Source: Neodothiora populina
Taxonomy: Eukaryota
DNA length: 64,000 nt
Assembly (NCBI RefSeq): GCF_041146345.1
Contig: NW_027191409.1
Span: 620,001 to 684,000, forward strand
Direction: 5' to 3'
Every line of letters starts with the position of its first letter. Positions within the stretch are counted from its first letter, which is position 1. Shown here in pieces: positions 63,721 through 64,000 of this stretch. The notes beneath the pieces were generated by a model. It made no database searches, was not told where the DNA came from, and was given only the letters and a program-made list of their open reading frames with translations. The translations under genes were made by a program, and so were the position numbers.

Positions 63721-64000
63721 ATGCCTAAATCCGCTTCGCCATTCGCGACCTTCCTCATCATAGGACGTAAGCATCACCTAGCTCATACAAACATTTTGAT
63801 AACAGAAAGAAAGACTGACACTCCCCTCCAACAGCGGTATGCTTCTTCCTCGGCCTGCTCTTCGCATCCTTCCCCTACGACTACAACGTGCTATGGACGA
63901 CGCCCTCTCTAGCGGCCGACGCAGCGCCCGGCTCGGACCCGCGCGAGCCCTACTACACGCTGCTCGAAACCCACCTCAAGTTCCTGCACTCGTCGCCGCC
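63721..64000 (+). CDS. SHR3: ER membrane chaperone for amino-acid permeases Shr3 (5' part, truncated by window end)
   Basis: FATFLIIG, intron 63767-63834, then PVCFFLGLLFASFPYDYNVLW...LETHLKFLHSSP. Confidence 0.85.

Overview
Gene-dense, intron-rich genomic DNA from a filamentous ascomycete (Pezizomycotina; possibly Dothideomycetes, but I cannot establish this from sequence alone). I can support about 24 protein-coding genes, reconstructed by hand across 50-180 nt introns: COQ2, PAB2, an Hv1 proton channel, a Zn2Cys6/acetyltransferase-like fusion, mitochondrial uL3, a SCY1/CEX1 pseudokinase, MCT1, an amidohydrolase, NADP-GDH, an aldo-keto reductase, MED5, a SAM+HMG-box protein, PalF/Rim8, a CFEM-GPI protein, MCM7, a class-3 lipase, ornithine aminotransferase, a FAR-17a/AIG1 hydrolase, an Acr-2-like Zn2Cys6 factor, the 5' end of SHR3 and four hypothetical proteins. 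I saw no transposon, tRNA/rRNA gene, CRISPR array or secondary-metabolite cluster, so this is mostly a core-genome region. The best leads are: (1) a zinc-cluster transcription factor fused to a maltose/galactoside acetyltransferase domain whose catalytic His appears replaced by Ala, a possible ligand-sensing pseudoenzyme; (2) a spliced upstream exon that could switch a 1210-aa protein between myristoylated and N-extended forms; (3) a hairpin-forming first intron in gdhA; (4) two GC-AG introns plus an AAG acceptor in one gene; (5) a PAB2 layout resembling PABPN1 autoregulation; (6) a TACWGTA motif concentrated in intergenic DNA. All family calls come from motif recognition, not database searches.
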